Source: Myxococcota bacterium (GTDB lineage Bacteria > Myxococcota_A > UBA796 > SXON01). Taken from it: DNA of 64,000 nucleotides. The notes beneath the pieces were generated by a model. The model made no database searches and had not been told where the DNA came from. It saw nothing but the letters and a program-made list of their open reading frames with translations. Location: the NCBI GenBank assembly GCA_040386535.1, contig JAZKFH010000047.1, forward strand, positions 1 to 64,000, written 5' to 3'. Shown piece after piece: positions 18,397 to 29,400 of the stretch; the stretch's first letter is position 1, and each line of letters starts with the position of its first letter. The position numbers and the translations under genes were made by a program.

Positions 18397-21108
18397 TCAC
18401 TCCCCCGGCCAGATCCAGACGGCGCCCCGGTTCGTGACGCTCGCGGACGTCGTGGCGTAGTCGTGCCAGAAGCCGGCCAGGGCGAGCTCGGCGTCGCCGT
18501 CGCCGTCCATGTCGGGGATGGCGGTGAGGTCGGCGCCCATGGCGTCGTTGGCGTTGGTGCCGAGCCAGCGGGCGTCCGCTGCGCCGAGGTCGAGCGTCCC
18601 GCCGTGCGGGCCGTAGACGAGGTAGGCCGCGCCGGCCGCGGACGCGGAGGCGCTGCTGAGGTAGGCGGACAGGACCAGGTCGATGCGCCCGTCGCCGTCG
18701 AGGTCGGCGGCGTCGACGTCGGTCTCGGTCATCGAGTCGCCCGGTTCGTCACCGTAGTAGGTCGCCGCGGCGAAGCTCGTGATGGTCCCGCTCCCGGGGG
18801 TGGTGACGAGCCAGGCCGCGCCGGCGCTGGCGCCGCCGGTGTCGTTGTCGACCGCGCTGACCAGGAAGTCGTCGTAGCCGTCGGCGTTCGTGTCCCCCGT
18901 GATCTTCACGACGGCGCCGAGGTAGTCGCTGGCGCTGACGCCGACGAGCTTGTGGTCCGCCGTGGCGATGTTGGCCGTGCCGGAGACGGGGCCGTACACC
19001 ACGTAGGCGGCGCCGGCGTTGCCCGCGGCGGAGTCGTTGTAGACCGCGCCCACGACGAAGTCGCCGTAGCCGTCGCCGTCGATGTCGCCTCCGCCCGAGA
19101 GGGACCAGCCGAGGTAGTCACCGGCGGACTCGCCGACGAGCGTGGCGTACGCGGAGGTGGACGTGCCGGAGTACGCGTAGACGGCGCCGGCGTTCGAAGC
19201 GTAGGTCTGGTTGGCGCAGAGCCAATCGTCGTCGGCGCCCGCGCCGTCGACGTTCCCGCCGCGCGTCGCCTGGTTGCAGGTGAAGGTCCCGTCCGAGGCG
19301 GCGGTCACGGTGGTCGTGCCGGTGTCACCCCCGCGGAGGATCGTGACGGTGTACAGCGCGCTGTACGCGGCGAGGTCGTCGTCGCCGTCCAGATCGATGT
19401 CGCCGACGTTCCACAGCGCGCCGCCGAGCCGGTTCGCGCTCGCCGAGGTGGGGTTGGAATAGGCGAAGTCGTCGTAGCTGGTCGAGGCCCACGCGCCGGA
19501 GCGGACGGGGCCGTAGTACCCGAGCACCGCGCCGTCGTAGCCGGCGAGTGTCATCCCGCTGGCCCCCACGACGAGGTCCCCCACGCCGTCGCCGTCGAAG
19601 TCACCGGCGACCACGGCGCTGCCGACCCCGTCCTCCGCCGCGGAGCCGTAGATCTTCGTGTCGTAGCCCGAGTTCACGGCGTAGTCGCCGGCGTATCCGC
19701 CGCCGGGGCAGCTGTCGTCGGCGCCGTCGCAGTCCTGGTCGACGCCGTCGTCGCACACCTCGGTGTCCGCGGGCGAGATGGACGCGGAACCATCGTTGCA
19801 ATCGTCGTCGTTCGTGACGTAGCCGGCCGGCAGATCACACACCGTCGTCGTGACCGTGGCGCTGCCGTACGCGTCGGCGTCGGCGTCCCGGTAGTACGTG
19901 CTCCTGCCCGACGCGGTGGTGTCGGCGTCGTCCGCGAGGCCGTCGCAGTCCTCGTCGGTGTTCGACGCGTCGCACACCTCGGTGTCCGCCGGGGAGATGG
20001 ACGCGGAACCATCGTTGCAGTCGTCGTCGTTGCTGACGTAGCCAGCGGGCGTGTCGCACAACGTCGCGCTGCGCGCGGGGTCGCCGAAGCCGTCGCCGTC
20101 GCTGTCGCCGTAGTGCGTGGTCCAGGTCGCCGCGTCGGTCGAGGGGTCGGCGTCGTCCACGAGGCCGTCGCAGTCCTCGTCGGCGTCCGCGGCGTCGCAC
20201 ACCTCGGCACCGCCGGGGTGCAAGCCCCCGTCGAGGTCGTCGCAGTCGCCGAACACCGACACGTACCCGACGGGCGCCTCGCACGACGCGACGGTGGCGC
20301 CCGCCCCGGCGTACCCGTCACCGTCCGCGTCGCGCCCCCACGCGGTCGTGCCGGTCACGTCGGCGTCGGCGTCGTCCGCGAGGCCGTCGCAGTCCTCGTC
20401 GGTGTCCGCCGCGTCGCACACCTCGGCGGCGCCGGGGTGCACGGCGGGGTCGGCGTCGTCGCAGTCGTCGCAGGCCGCGAGGCCGTCGCCGTCGGCGTCG
20501 GCATAACCGACGGACCCGTCGCAGTTGTAGTCGACGGGATCGGCGCAGTCGTCCTCCGGCGCGGTGGGGTGGACGGCGGCGGCGGTGTCGTCGCAGTCCG
20601 TACCGTCGGACACCTCGTCGGGGCCGCCCGCGCACGCGCTCACGGCCGTCGCGGGGTCGCCGTACCCATCGCCGTCGGCGTCGGCGTGCCAGGTGCCGAC
20701 ATCGATCGCGTCCTCGTCGACCGTCGTGTCGCAGTCGTCATCCACGCCGTCGCAGAGCTCGTCGGCGCCGGGGAACGTGGTGGCGTCGGCGTCGTCACAG
20801 TCGTCGCCGTCCGCGACCGCGCCCGGAGCAGCCTCGCACGCCATCGTGACGGCGTCGGGGTCACCGTGGCCGTCGCCGTCGGCGTCGGCGTACCACGCCG
20901 TCGCGTCCGTCGCGTCCTCGTCGACCGCCTCGTCGCAGTCGTTGTCGAGCCCGTCGCAGGCCTCGGGCGCGTCGGGGTGCACGACGGCCCGCCCGTCGTC
21001 GCAGTCGACCTCGACGGTGTAGCCATCGCCGTCGTTGTCGACGTCTCGCTTGGTGACGGACACGTCCTGGACACAGGCGGCGAGCAGCAGAAAGGGGAGC
21101 AGGCGCAT
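18397..21108 (-). CDS. Lipoprotein with seven MopE-like metal-binding repeats and an FG-GAP/integrin-alpha-like propeller
   Basis: MRLLPFLLLAAC lipobox; DCDD...HP...E.CD...D.DCDG repeats; GDFDGDG..DLVVGA repeats. Confidence 0.88.
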   Translation of the reverse strand: MRLLPFLLLAACVQDVSVTKRDVDNDGDGYTVEVDCDDGRAVVHPDAPEACDGLDNDCDEAVDEDATDATAWYADADGDGHGDPDAVTMACEAAPGAVADGDDCDDADATTFPGADELCDGVDDDCDTTVDEDAIDVGTWHADADGDGYGDPATAVSACAGGPDEVSDGTDCDDTAAAVHPTAPEDDCADPVDYNCDGSVGYADADGDGLAACDDCDDADPAVHPGAAEVCDAADTDEDCDGLADDADADVTGTTAWGRDADGDGYAGAGATVASCEAPVGYVSVFGDCDDLDGGLHPGGAEVCDAADADEDCDGLVDDADPSTDAATWTTHYGDSDGDGFGDPARSATLCDTPAGYVSNDDDCNDGSASISPADTEVCDASNTDEDCDGLADDADTTASGRSTYYRDADADAYGSATVTTTVCDLPAGYVTNDDDCNDGSASISPADTEVCDDGVDQDCDGADDSCPGGGYAGDYAVNSGYDTKIYGSAAEDGVGSAVVAGDFDGDGVGDLVVGASGMTLAGYDGAVLGYYGPVRSGAWASTSYDDFAYSNPTSASANRLGGALWNVGDIDLDGDDDLAAYSALYTVTILRGGDTGTTTVTAASDGTFTCNQATRGGNVDGAGADDDWLCANQTYASNAGAVYAYSGTSTSAYATLVGESAGDYLGWSLSGGGDIDGDGYGDFVVGAVYNDSAAGNAGAAYVVYGPVSGTANIATADHKLVGVSASDYLGAVVKITGDTNADGYDDFLVSAVDNDTGGASAGAAWLVTTPGSGTITSFAAATYYGDEPGDSMTETDVDAADLDGDGRIDLVLSAYLSSASASAAGAAYLVYGPHGGTLDLGAADARWLGTNANDAMGADLTAIPDMDGDGDAELALAGFWHDYATTSASVTNRGAVWIWPGE

Positions 21109-21167
21109 CCCTGCGGAGTACCTGGGCCGCGCCGCCCCCGCCCCCGAACATTTCCGTTCGAAAGCAG

Positions 21168-23624
21168 CTACGCCGCGCCCCACGCCCCCAGCCGGCGCGC
21201 GATCCGCATCGTGAACGCCCGCAGGGTCGACGCCGACGGGCGCGCGGCCTCCGTTTCCGCGTCCGCGAGCAGGGCCCGGAGCCCAGGCGCGGAGCGCTCC
21301 GGCGCGGCGGACAGCTCCCGCAGCGCCGCCTCCGCTTCCATCAAGCGGACGAGCAGCGCGCCGTGCCGCGCGGCCTCCGGGCTGAAGAGCGCCCCGAGCA
21401 CCGCCGGCTCGATCGTCGCGAGGGTCACGCCCGCCTCGAGCGATCGCCCCAGCGCGTGCAGCGCGCCACCGCGGAGCAGCGCGCAGAGCTGGACGGCCAC
21501 CCGGTTGCGCAGGACGCGGAGCGCCTGATCGGCGGCCCGCAGCGCCTCCTCGGGGCGGTCGAGCAGGAGCAGCACGCCGCCGAGGTTCGTCTGGAAGATC
21601 GCCGCGTAGGCGTCGTCCCCCTGCGCCTCGGCGTGGGCCACGGCGCGCTCGTAGCAGGCGCAGGCGCGCTCGGCGGACTCCTCGTACCAGGCCATCCCGA
21701 GCGCGTTCCAAAGGTCGCCGACCGGGCGCGTGAGCCCGAAGGCGTCGGAGAGCTGGAGCGCCCGCCCGAGCGAGGCGCGGGCCCGGGCGGGGTCCCCGCG
21801 GGCCGTCCACACCGCGCCGGCCGCGCGCAGGACCTCCGGCAGCGGCAGCGCGAGCCCGTGCCGCTCGCACACGTCGAGGGCGCGCGCGAGGTCCGCGTCG
21901 ACCTCCTCGGGCGGGCGCAGCGTCACGAGCGACTGCGGCGCCGACCGCCGTGCCCGCGCGAGCACGTTCGTGACGGAGCCCTCGGCCGAGAGGGCCACGG
22001 CGGCGGCGTACTCGGCGAGGGCGAGCACGCGATCGCCGCTGGCGACGGCGTGGTCGCCGCGCACCAGCGCCCCCTCCGCGCTCCGCACGTCCCCGACGAG
22101 CGCGGCCAGCTCCGCGATCGGCACCCCAGCCATGCGTCGGGCGCGGGCGAGATCCACGCGGCCGCGCTCGCTGATGCCGCCGGGCTGCGCGCGCCAGTCG
22201 ACTTTCTCGAGCAGCTCGAGCCGAAGCGTGGTCGGGCCGGTGCACGCGAGGGCGGTGGAGGTCGCGAGCACGGCGCGGGCGGCCACGGCCGGCGCCCCCT
22301 CGCGGGCGATCGCGACGAGGTGGGGCCGGAGCGCCCGAAGCTCGGCCAGCGCCTCCGCGGGGCGCCGGACCAGCGTCTCGCACGCGGCCTCCGCCCGCGC
22401 GAGCACCCAGGCGTGCGCACGCGCCCGCGCCGCGTGGACCCTCGGCTCCTGCCCACAGAACCGCCGGACCGTCGCGAGCAGGAACAGCTCGCCGCCGGGA
22501 TCGAGCTGGAGGAGTGAGCGACGACGGAGCGCGGCGAGCGCGCGCGGCCGCCCTCCCGAGGCCGCGTGGGCCGCGTCGGCCGGGAAGGCCCCGGCGAAGC
22601 CCGAGCACGCCAGCAACACGTCGCGTTCCGCCGCGTCCAGCGCCTCCCAGCTCCGGCGCACCTGCGCGTCGAGCGTCCCGTCCTGCGTGCCCGCGCGGAG
22701 CTCCTCCACGAGCGGCCGGAGCCCCGCCCACGCGCGCCCCGCGTACAGCTCGAGCGACGCCGGCAGGCCGTCGAGCGCCTCGACCAGCTCGTCGAGCGCC
22801 GTGGCCTCGCCCTCCGGGTCCGGGTGGACGCCGCGGAGCCGGGCCACGAAGAAGGCGCGCGCCTCCACCCGCTCGAACGGGCGCACCTCGACCATCTCCT
22901 CCTCGGGGAGGTCGAGCGCCACGCGGCTCGTCACGAGCACCCGCACCCCGGGCAGCGTCCGCACCAGCTCCCCCACGAGCGGCGCGATCGCCGGCGCCGT
23001 GGCGTCCGCGTCGTCCAGGACCAGGAGCGGCCGGTCGCGCGCCGCGAGCCCCCGCCGCACCGCCGCCGCGTCGCCGTGCGCGAGCCCCAGCGCGTCCGCG
23101 AGGAGCGCCGCCAGCGCCGCCTCGTCCGGCGGCAGCCCGAGGAGCGACACGGCGACGACCTCGCCGGGCCAGCCCGCCGCGAACTGCAGCGCCGCCCGCG
23201 TCTTTCCCACCCCGCCGGGCCCCCGGAGCGTCACGAGGCGCCGCTCGCCTTCCAGGAGCGCCCCGACCTCCCGGAGCAGCTCCGCGCGCCCGACGAACGG
23301 CGTCGCGAACGTGGGCGGCCGCGTCACCGCGTGCCGCGGCCCCGCCCGGGCGATCCGCCAGCCTTCCCCCCGCACCGTCTCGAGCACGCCCGCCCCGAGC
23401 TTCTGCCGCAGCCGCCGCATCGCGACCGGCACCGCCTCCGACCGCACGCCGGGCGTGAACCCCCACACCGCGACCTCCAGCCGCGCGCGCGGCACCACCT
23501 CCCCCACGCGCGCGAGCAGGTAGCGGAGCGTCTCCCCTTCGAGCCGGGTCAGCGACTCCTCGCCGTCGGGCCGCAGCACGCGGTGCCGATCGAGGTCGAG
23601 GCGGATGGAGCCGAGATCGATCAT
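21168..23624 (-). CDS. OmpR-type wHTH + STAND-type ATPase + TPR transcriptional regulator
   Basis: VWG...MRRLRQKL...TVRGEGW; FVGR, GPGGVGKTR, LLVLDD, LVTSR, LDGLPASLEL; TPR-like C-terminus. Confidence 0.88.
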   Translation of the reverse strand: MIDLGSIRLDLDRHRVLRPDGEESLTRLEGETLRYLLARVGEVVPRARLEVAVWGFTPGVRSEAVPVAMRRLRQKLGAGVLETVRGEGWRIARAGPRHAVTRPPTFATPFVGRAELLREVGALLEGERRLVTLRGPGGVGKTRAALQFAAGWPGEVVAVSLLGLPPDEAALAALLADALGLAHGDAAAVRRGLAARDRPLLVLDDADATAPAIAPLVGELVRTLPGVRVLVTSRVALDLPEEEMVEVRPFERVEARAFFVARLRGVHPDPEGEATALDELVEALDGLPASLELYAGRAWAGLRPLVEELRAGTQDGTLDAQVRRSWEALDAAERDVLLACSGFAGAFPADAAHAASGGRPRALAALRRRSLLQLDPGGELFLLATVRRFCGQEPRVHAARARAHAWVLARAEAACETLVRRPAEALAELRALRPHLVAIAREGAPAVAARAVLATSTALACTGPTTLRLELLEKVDWRAQPGGISERGRVDLARARRMAGVPIAELAALVGDVRSAEGALVRGDHAVASGDRVLALAEYAAAVALSAEGSVTNVLARARRSAPQSLVTLRPPEEVDADLARALDVCERHGLALPLPEVLRAAGAVWTARGDPARARASLGRALQLSDAFGLTRPVGDLWNALGMAWYEESAERACACYERAVAHAEAQGDDAYAAIFQTNLGGVLLLLDRPEEALRAADQALRVLRNRVAVQLCALLRGGALHALGRSLEAGVTLATIEPAVLGALFSPEAARHGALLVRLMEAEAALRELSAAPERSAPGLRALLADAETEAARPSASTLRAFTMRIARRLGAWGAA

Positions 23625-23832
23625 CGCGGGTGGGTACCGGGGAGCCGCTAACGCGACGCCGGTCGCGGCGAGGCGTCACCCGCGCGAGGCGCCTGGAGGG
23701 CGGCCGGGTCCGCCCGGCCGGTCCGGCACGTGCGCCGCCGCGGGGCGCGGGCCGACCAAGCCCGAAGGGCGCGCCCGCAAGGGGCCGGCCCTGGCGCCTC
23801 GCCAGGGACGCGCCCGGATCAGCCCGACGGCG

Positions 23833-25260
23833 TCAGGCCGACCGGATCGTCTTGCGCCGGGGCGCCCGCAACGTCGGCGCGGTCGTGTCCGCCGAGGTGA
23901 GCAGGGCCATCGTGTCGCCGAAGGGCGTGTGGGGCGCGGTGTCGTAGGGGGCCAGGCGCTCGAGGCGCAGGCCGCCGGCGACGAAGCGGGCGATGTCCCG
24001 CGCGAGGCCCCGGGGGTTGCTCGACACGAGCGCGATGCGACGCGGCTCGAGCGAGAGGAGCGCGGCCATCGCGGGGGCGTCGAGGCCCTTGGGGCCGACA
24101 TCGACCACGGCGAGCGGACGGCGCCCGGCGAGGCGGGGGCGCGAGGACTCGAGGCCGAACTCGTAGGCCTCGCCGATGAAGTCGGCGCTCACGTTGTTGG
24201 AGGAGGCGTTCTCGCGGGCGCGGCGGATGATGCCCTCGTGGGGATCGATGCCGAGGGCCCAGCCCGCGCGCTGGGCGAGCAGGAGGGTGCGGGCGCCGGC
24301 GCCGGCGGCGGCGCCGAGATCGACCACGGTGTCGCCCGCCACGGGCGCGAGCGCCTCGACCAGGCCCTGCCACGCGGCCACGCCCACCTTGGGGTAGCCG
24401 GGGAACGGATCGAGCGCGCCGAGGCGGATGCGGAGCCCGCCCACGTCCTCCTCGAGGGTGCTGCGGCCGTACACCAGCGTCACGTCGGCATCGCCGGTGA
24501 CCGGGTCCCGCGCGAGCAGCGGGCCCGGCACGTCGTTCCAGTGCGCGAACACGCCGGCGATGTCGGTGAGCCCGCCCGCGACGGCCTCGGCGAGCGACTT
24601 GGCGTAGTTGGAGGGCCGCCCGAACACCAGCGTGAGGAAGATCTCGCCGGTGGTCGCGGACTGCCGCGCGAAGAGCCCGCGGAACGTGCCGCGGTGGCCC
24701 TCCCAGGGGTAGATCTGCTGCGCCTGGAGGTGGTGCGCGGTGTTGGTCATCACCCGGCGCAACGGCTCGGTGGCGACATGGCACAGCGGGATGGGGACGA
24801 CCCGACGGCCGTCCTTGCCGGGCACGCCGAGGCGCAGGTGCCGCTCGTCCGACCAGCCCGCGATGAGCTCGATCGTGTGCGACGCGGCGGCGCTCTCCAT
24901 GCGGGTGATGGCGCCGAGCTCGAAGCTCTGGGGGGCGTTCTCGGCCACGAACGCGTCCTTCAACAGGCCGAGGCGCGCGCGATCCTGGCCGCCCGGCGTC
25001 AGGTGCATCATCGGGCAGCGGCCGCACGGCACGTACCGGTCACACGGCGGCTCGACCCGGTCGGGATGGCCGCGGCCGTCCGCCTTGATGAACCGCGCAC
25101 GGTGCTGGTGGCTGCCCCGCTCGATGAGCCGCACGCGGGCGCGCTCACCGGGGATGCCCCCGAACACGGCGAGCTGCGCGTGATCTCCACGCACGAAGGC
25201 CTCGCCACGAGAGAGCCAACCCTCGGGCACCACGACGTATTCTTCTGCACCACGCGCCAT
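23833..25260 (-). CDS. RlmD/RumA-like protein with degenerate methyltransferase active site
   Basis: TRAM-like GGIPGERARV; CDRYVPCGRC...C Fe-S motif; LVSSNPRGLARD instead of YVSCNP. Confidence 0.82.
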   Translation of the reverse strand: MARGAEEYVVVPEGWLSRGEAFVRGDHAQLAVFGGIPGERARVRLIERGSHQHRARFIKADGRGHPDRVEPPCDRYVPCGRCPMMHLTPGGQDRARLGLLKDAFVAENAPQSFELGAITRMESAAASHTIELIAGWSDERHLRLGVPGKDGRRVVPIPLCHVATEPLRRVMTNTAHHLQAQQIYPWEGHRGTFRGLFARQSATTGEIFLTLVFGRPSNYAKSLAEAVAGGLTDIAGVFAHWNDVPGPLLARDPVTGDADVTLVYGRSTLEEDVGGLRIRLGALDPFPGYPKVGVAAWQGLVEALAPVAGDTVVDLGAAAGAGARTLLLAQRAGWALGIDPHEGIIRRARENASSNNVSADFIGEAYEFGLESSRPRLAGRRPLAVVDVGPKGLDAPAMAALLSLEPRRIALVSSNPRGLARDIARFVAGGLRLERLAPYDTAPHTPFGDTMALLTSADTTAPTLRAPRRKTIRSA

Positions 25261-25419
25261 CCGGCCTGCTATCCCGAATGGCCGCTCCCGGTGTTCCCCG
25301 TGGCTCCCCCGTGGCTTCAGTTGGGGCTGTTCCTGGGGCTGGACTTGACGTGTAAACACGGATAGGCTCGGCTTCCCCCCACGCGATTCCCCGTCGCGAC
25401 CCTCCGCCCGGAGCCCGCA

Positions 25420-26463
25420 GTGTCCCAGTCCACCACATCGCCGTCCCCCGAGCGGTCCGCCGCCGTGAGCGACGCCTCGCACGTCCAGTTCGACGATCCG
25501 CCCCGCGGCGCACCCGTAGGGGGGCAGCCCGCCACCGAGCGCATCGCCGCCACGCTCCGCAACGCCGGGATCGACGCGCCGAACTCGTTATACGACGAGG
25601 CGCTGGCCTTCGCGCGGGACGGGCACCTCGGCCAGGCCCACGCCCGCCTGCAGATGCTGGTGTGCCTCGATCCGGACGATGCGGACGCGCTCCTGCTCAT
25701 GGCGAAGGTGCACGCGGCCCAGGGGCGCCCGTCCGAGGCGCTCGGGCGGATGGAGGCGGCCGTGGAGGCGGGTGGCCTCGCACCGGCGGGCTTCCGCGAG
25801 CAGCTCGAGGGCGCCATCCGCGCCGAGCGCGCCCGCGAGGAGGAGCACCGCGCCCGCATCGCCGCGCGCGAGCAGGGGGAGATCCGCTCGCTCCGCAACG
25901 AGACGCGGACGCTCCGGTCCGAGACCGTGCGCCTGGAGACCGAGATGCTCCAGTCGCGCGAGCGTGAGCGCAACTGGAAGTACGCGGCCCTCGCGGTGAG
26001 CGTGGTGGGCGTGCTTGTGATCGTGCTGCTCGCGGCGCTCGGCGGGCGTGGCACCGCCGATGTGGAGCCCCGCACCGCCGCTGTCACGGAGGGCGCCGTG
26101 ACCGAGGGCGCCGCCGCGGGGGCCGTGCCCGTCGAGGCGGGCGTGGTCGCCGAGGGCTCCAAGCCCACCGCGCGCATCGAGACCCCCCCGGCCGTCGTGG
26201 GCGACGTGCCGATCCACAAGGAGCCCAAGAAGGAGCCCAAGAAGGCGCCCGTGCTCCAGGCGAGCGCGCCGGTCCCCGCCGCGAAGGCGCCGGACACCAC
26301 GGGCCCGCGGGTCCACGTCGTCGGCTCGGGGGACACGCTCTACAAGCTCGCCGCCCGCTACTACGGCGATTCGAGCCGCTGGAAGGAGATCGAGGCCGCC
26401 AACAAGGGGGTCCTCGGCAAGACGATCGACCTGTCCCTCGGCATGAAGCTCAAGATCCCGTGA
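25420..26463 (+). CDS. TPR + coiled-coil + TM + LysM protein
   Basis: TPR (LDPDDADALLLMAKV), one TM helix, HVVGSGDTLYKLAARYYGD...LKIP. Confidence 0.88.
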   Translation: MSQSTTSPSPERSAAVSDASHVQFDDPPRGAPVGGQPATERIAATLRNAGIDAPNSLYDEALAFARDGHLGQAHARLQMLVCLDPDDADALLLMAKVHAAQGRPSEALGRMEAAVEAGGLAPAGFREQLEGAIRAERAREEEHRARIAAREQGEIRSLRNETRTLRSETVRLETEMLQSRERERNWKYAALAVSVVGVLVIVLLAALGGRGTADVEPRTAAVTEGAVTEGAAAGAVPVEAGVVAEGSKPTARIETPPAVVGDVPIHKEPKKEPKKAPVLQASAPVPAAKAPDTTGPRVHVVGSGDTLYKLAARYYGDSSRWKEIEAANKGVLGKTIDLSLGMKLKIP

Positions 26464-26476
26464 TCGCGGGCCGCCG

Positions 26477-29400
26477 ATGAGCGGAACGCTCGCCGGGCGC
26501 TATCTCCTCCTCGACCACCTGGGCACCGGGACCGCGGGCACGGTGTACCGCGCGGCGGAGATCGGGACGGGGAGGCTCGTCGCCGTCAAGATCCTCGGGG
26601 ACGCCTCGCCCCAGCGCGCCGCCCGGCTGGAACGGGAGGGGCGGGTGCTCCGTGAGCTCGGCATCCTCGGCGTCGTGCGCCTGCTGGACGAGGGCGAGTA
26701 CGAGGGGCGCCGCTTCCTGGTGACCGAGCTGGTCGACGGGCTGCCGTTCCCGAGCGTCGACGCGCCGACGACGTGGGAGGGCCTGGCGCCCGTCGTCACC
26801 CGGCTGTTCACGATCCTCGCGCGGGTGCACGCGGCGGGCGTGCTCCACCGGGATCTGAAGCCCCCGAACGTGCTCGTCGACGCCGCTGGTGTACCGACGG
26901 TGCTCGATTTTGGCCTCGCCCGCTTCGTCAGCGGGGACTCGGGCCTGACCCTGACCGGGGATGTGCTCGGCACGCCCCGGTACCAGGCTCCCGAGCAGGT
27001 TTTGTGCAACGGGCCGGTCGACGCGCGCGCGGATCTGTACGCCGTGGGCGTGATGATCTACGAGGCCCTGTCGGGCCGCTCCCCGCAGCCGGCGCGGTCC
27101 CTCGGCGGGCTCTACAGCGCGCGGCTCGTGCGGGATCCGCCCCCGCTCCGCACCGTGGCGCCCCACGTGCCCGCGGCCGTGGCGCGCATCGTCGACCGCC
27201 TCGTGGCCCGCGATCCCGAGGACCGCCCGGGCTCCGCCGACGCCGTGCTGGACGACCTCGCCGGCGTGGCGCCGATCCGCCGCGCGGGACACCTCCCGTG
27301 GCTCGGCGAGCGCGAGGCGGTGGCCCGCGTGGTCGCCGCGGCCCGGGCAGGGCGGCCGATCGGCGTGACGGGGCTGCGCGGCGCGGGGCGCACGCGGCTG
27401 CTGGCGGACGTCGAGGAGGAGCTGGGCGCGGCCGGGGTGCGGACGCTCCGGATCCCGCCGGGCGAGCGGCCCTACGAGAGCCTCGCGGTGGGGCTCGATG
27501 GAGGTGACGGAGGCGCCCCGACCGACCCGGGCGACATGGACACGCGGCTGGAGGCGCTACGCGCGCGGCTCGCCGCCGGGGACGTGCTCCTGGTGGACGA
27601 CGCCGACCGGATCGACGCCTGGACGGCCACGCTGCTCGACAGCCTCGACGGCGCCGTGATCCGCGTCCTCGACAGGAGCGGGAGCCGCACCGACGGGACG
27701 GGCGAGGACGTGCACCTCGGCCCGCTCCCCGCGGCGGCCCTCGCCCGGCTCTTCGCGCGGGACGACGCCCTCGACGAACACGCGCGGTTCGGCGGCGCCC
27801 TGCTCGCCGCACGAAGCGCCGGGCTCGCCGCGCGGGTGGCCGCCGAGGTCGGCGCGTGGATCGCCGCGGGGTACGCGCGCTGGTCCGGCGACTCCCTCGA
27901 CGTGTCGGACGAGTCGCTCGAGCTCCTCGCCCTGGGCCCGCCACCCGACGCGCGGACCGGGCGCCGCGCGAGCCCTGACGCCTTGTCGGAGGCAATGGTG
28001 GCGGCCCTCACGTGGGTCACGCTCGCCGAGCCCCACGCCACCCCGGCGCTGCTGGCCACCGCGCGCGGCGCCCGGCGGTGGGAGGTCGAGGTCGAGCTCA
28101 CCGCGCTGATCGAGCAGGGCATGGTGACCCGCGGAGACGACGGCACCTTTGCCGCGCGGGCCGACCTCGCCGGCTTCGTGACCGGGTCGGACGAGGAGCG
28201 GGCGCGGGCCATGGCCGCGGTCGGGCACGCGTTCGCGCCCGGCGTCGACGGGAGGCTGGGCGCGCTCCTCGCGGGGGAGGCGTGGACGGCGGCCGCGGTG
28301 GAGGCCGAGCGCATCGGCACGCGCGCGTTGGACGAGGGGGCGTTCGCCGTGGCGCTGGCGGCGGCCCGATGGGGCCTGCGGGCGGCGGCTGCGAGCGACA
28401 CGCCGGTGCTGACGCACGAGCTTCAGGCGCTGCTCGTCCAGGCGGCCGTCGCCGTCGGTACCCCCGCCGCGTTGGCGTGCGCGTCGACCGAGCTGCGCCG
28501 GGCCGTGGGTGTGGATCGTGCGCCCGGCGCGGCGGTCCTGTCCGCGGAGGCCAGCGCCACGCGGCTCGACGCCCTCCGCCGCCAGCTGCTCGCCGGGGAG
28601 GACCCCGCGACGGAGGTGCGCGACGGCCTCGGAGCGACGGATCCGCGCGACCCCCGGGGGGCGGAGACGCCCGGGGAGCGCGTCGCCCGGCTCGTCGCGG
28701 ACGGTCGCCGGAGCGCCGCCCGGGGCCGCATCGAGCATGCCGCCGGGTTGTTCGGCCGCGCACGCGAGGAGTGCGAGCGGCCGCACGAGGCCTGGCCGCT
28801 CCGCCTCGAGCTCGCGGAGCTGCTGGTCGAGGCCGGCGCCTGCACCGACGCGATCGCCGAGCTGGCGCCGATCGAGGCGGCGGCCGAACGCCACCGGCTC
28901 CCGCTCCTCGCGGCCTACACCCGGTGGATCCACCGCGCGGCCGCCTACCGGACCGGCGGTGCGATCGCGGAGCCCGGCGCGGAAGGGGCCCCCACCGCGG
29001 CCACCTCGGGGGCCGCCGACCCCGCCGCCGCAGCGCCCGCCTCCCCCGATCTGCGCGCTGTCGCCGAGGCCCACGCGCTCGGCGTGGCGCGGCTGACGGC
29101 GCGGGTGTGCCTCACGGAGGCGGCCACGGCCTGGCGCGCGGGGAGCTACGACGAGGCCGCGCGGCTGGCCCGCCTCGCCATCGCCGCGGCGCCGGGCCCC
29201 ACCGCCGTGGCCGTGCTGGCGCGCGCGTTGGAGGTGGCGGCCACGGATCGGGGCGATCCCGTGGAGGGGCGGCGGCTCGTGGCCGACGCGGACGCGCTGC
29301 CCGACCCCGCGGTGGGCGTGCAGGTGCGCGGGCTGATGGCGCTCGCCCTGCCGGAGCTCGGGGCCTCGTTCGTCGCGGACGCCGAGGCGCTCGGCGCGCG

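Noticed and set aside
17641..21528. 1295-aa plus-strand ORF and other long antisense or alternative-frame ORFs (e.g. 29146-32658, 43638-46139)
   Set aside because: Shadow ORFs of recognisable genes in high-GC DNA; Arg/Gly/Val-rich with no motifs
18397..23679. 1760-aa giant protein (likewise 28012-32622 and 41580-46085)
   Set aside because: The upstream portions are off-frame reads through neighbouring genes; real starts are at 21108, 29560 and 43671
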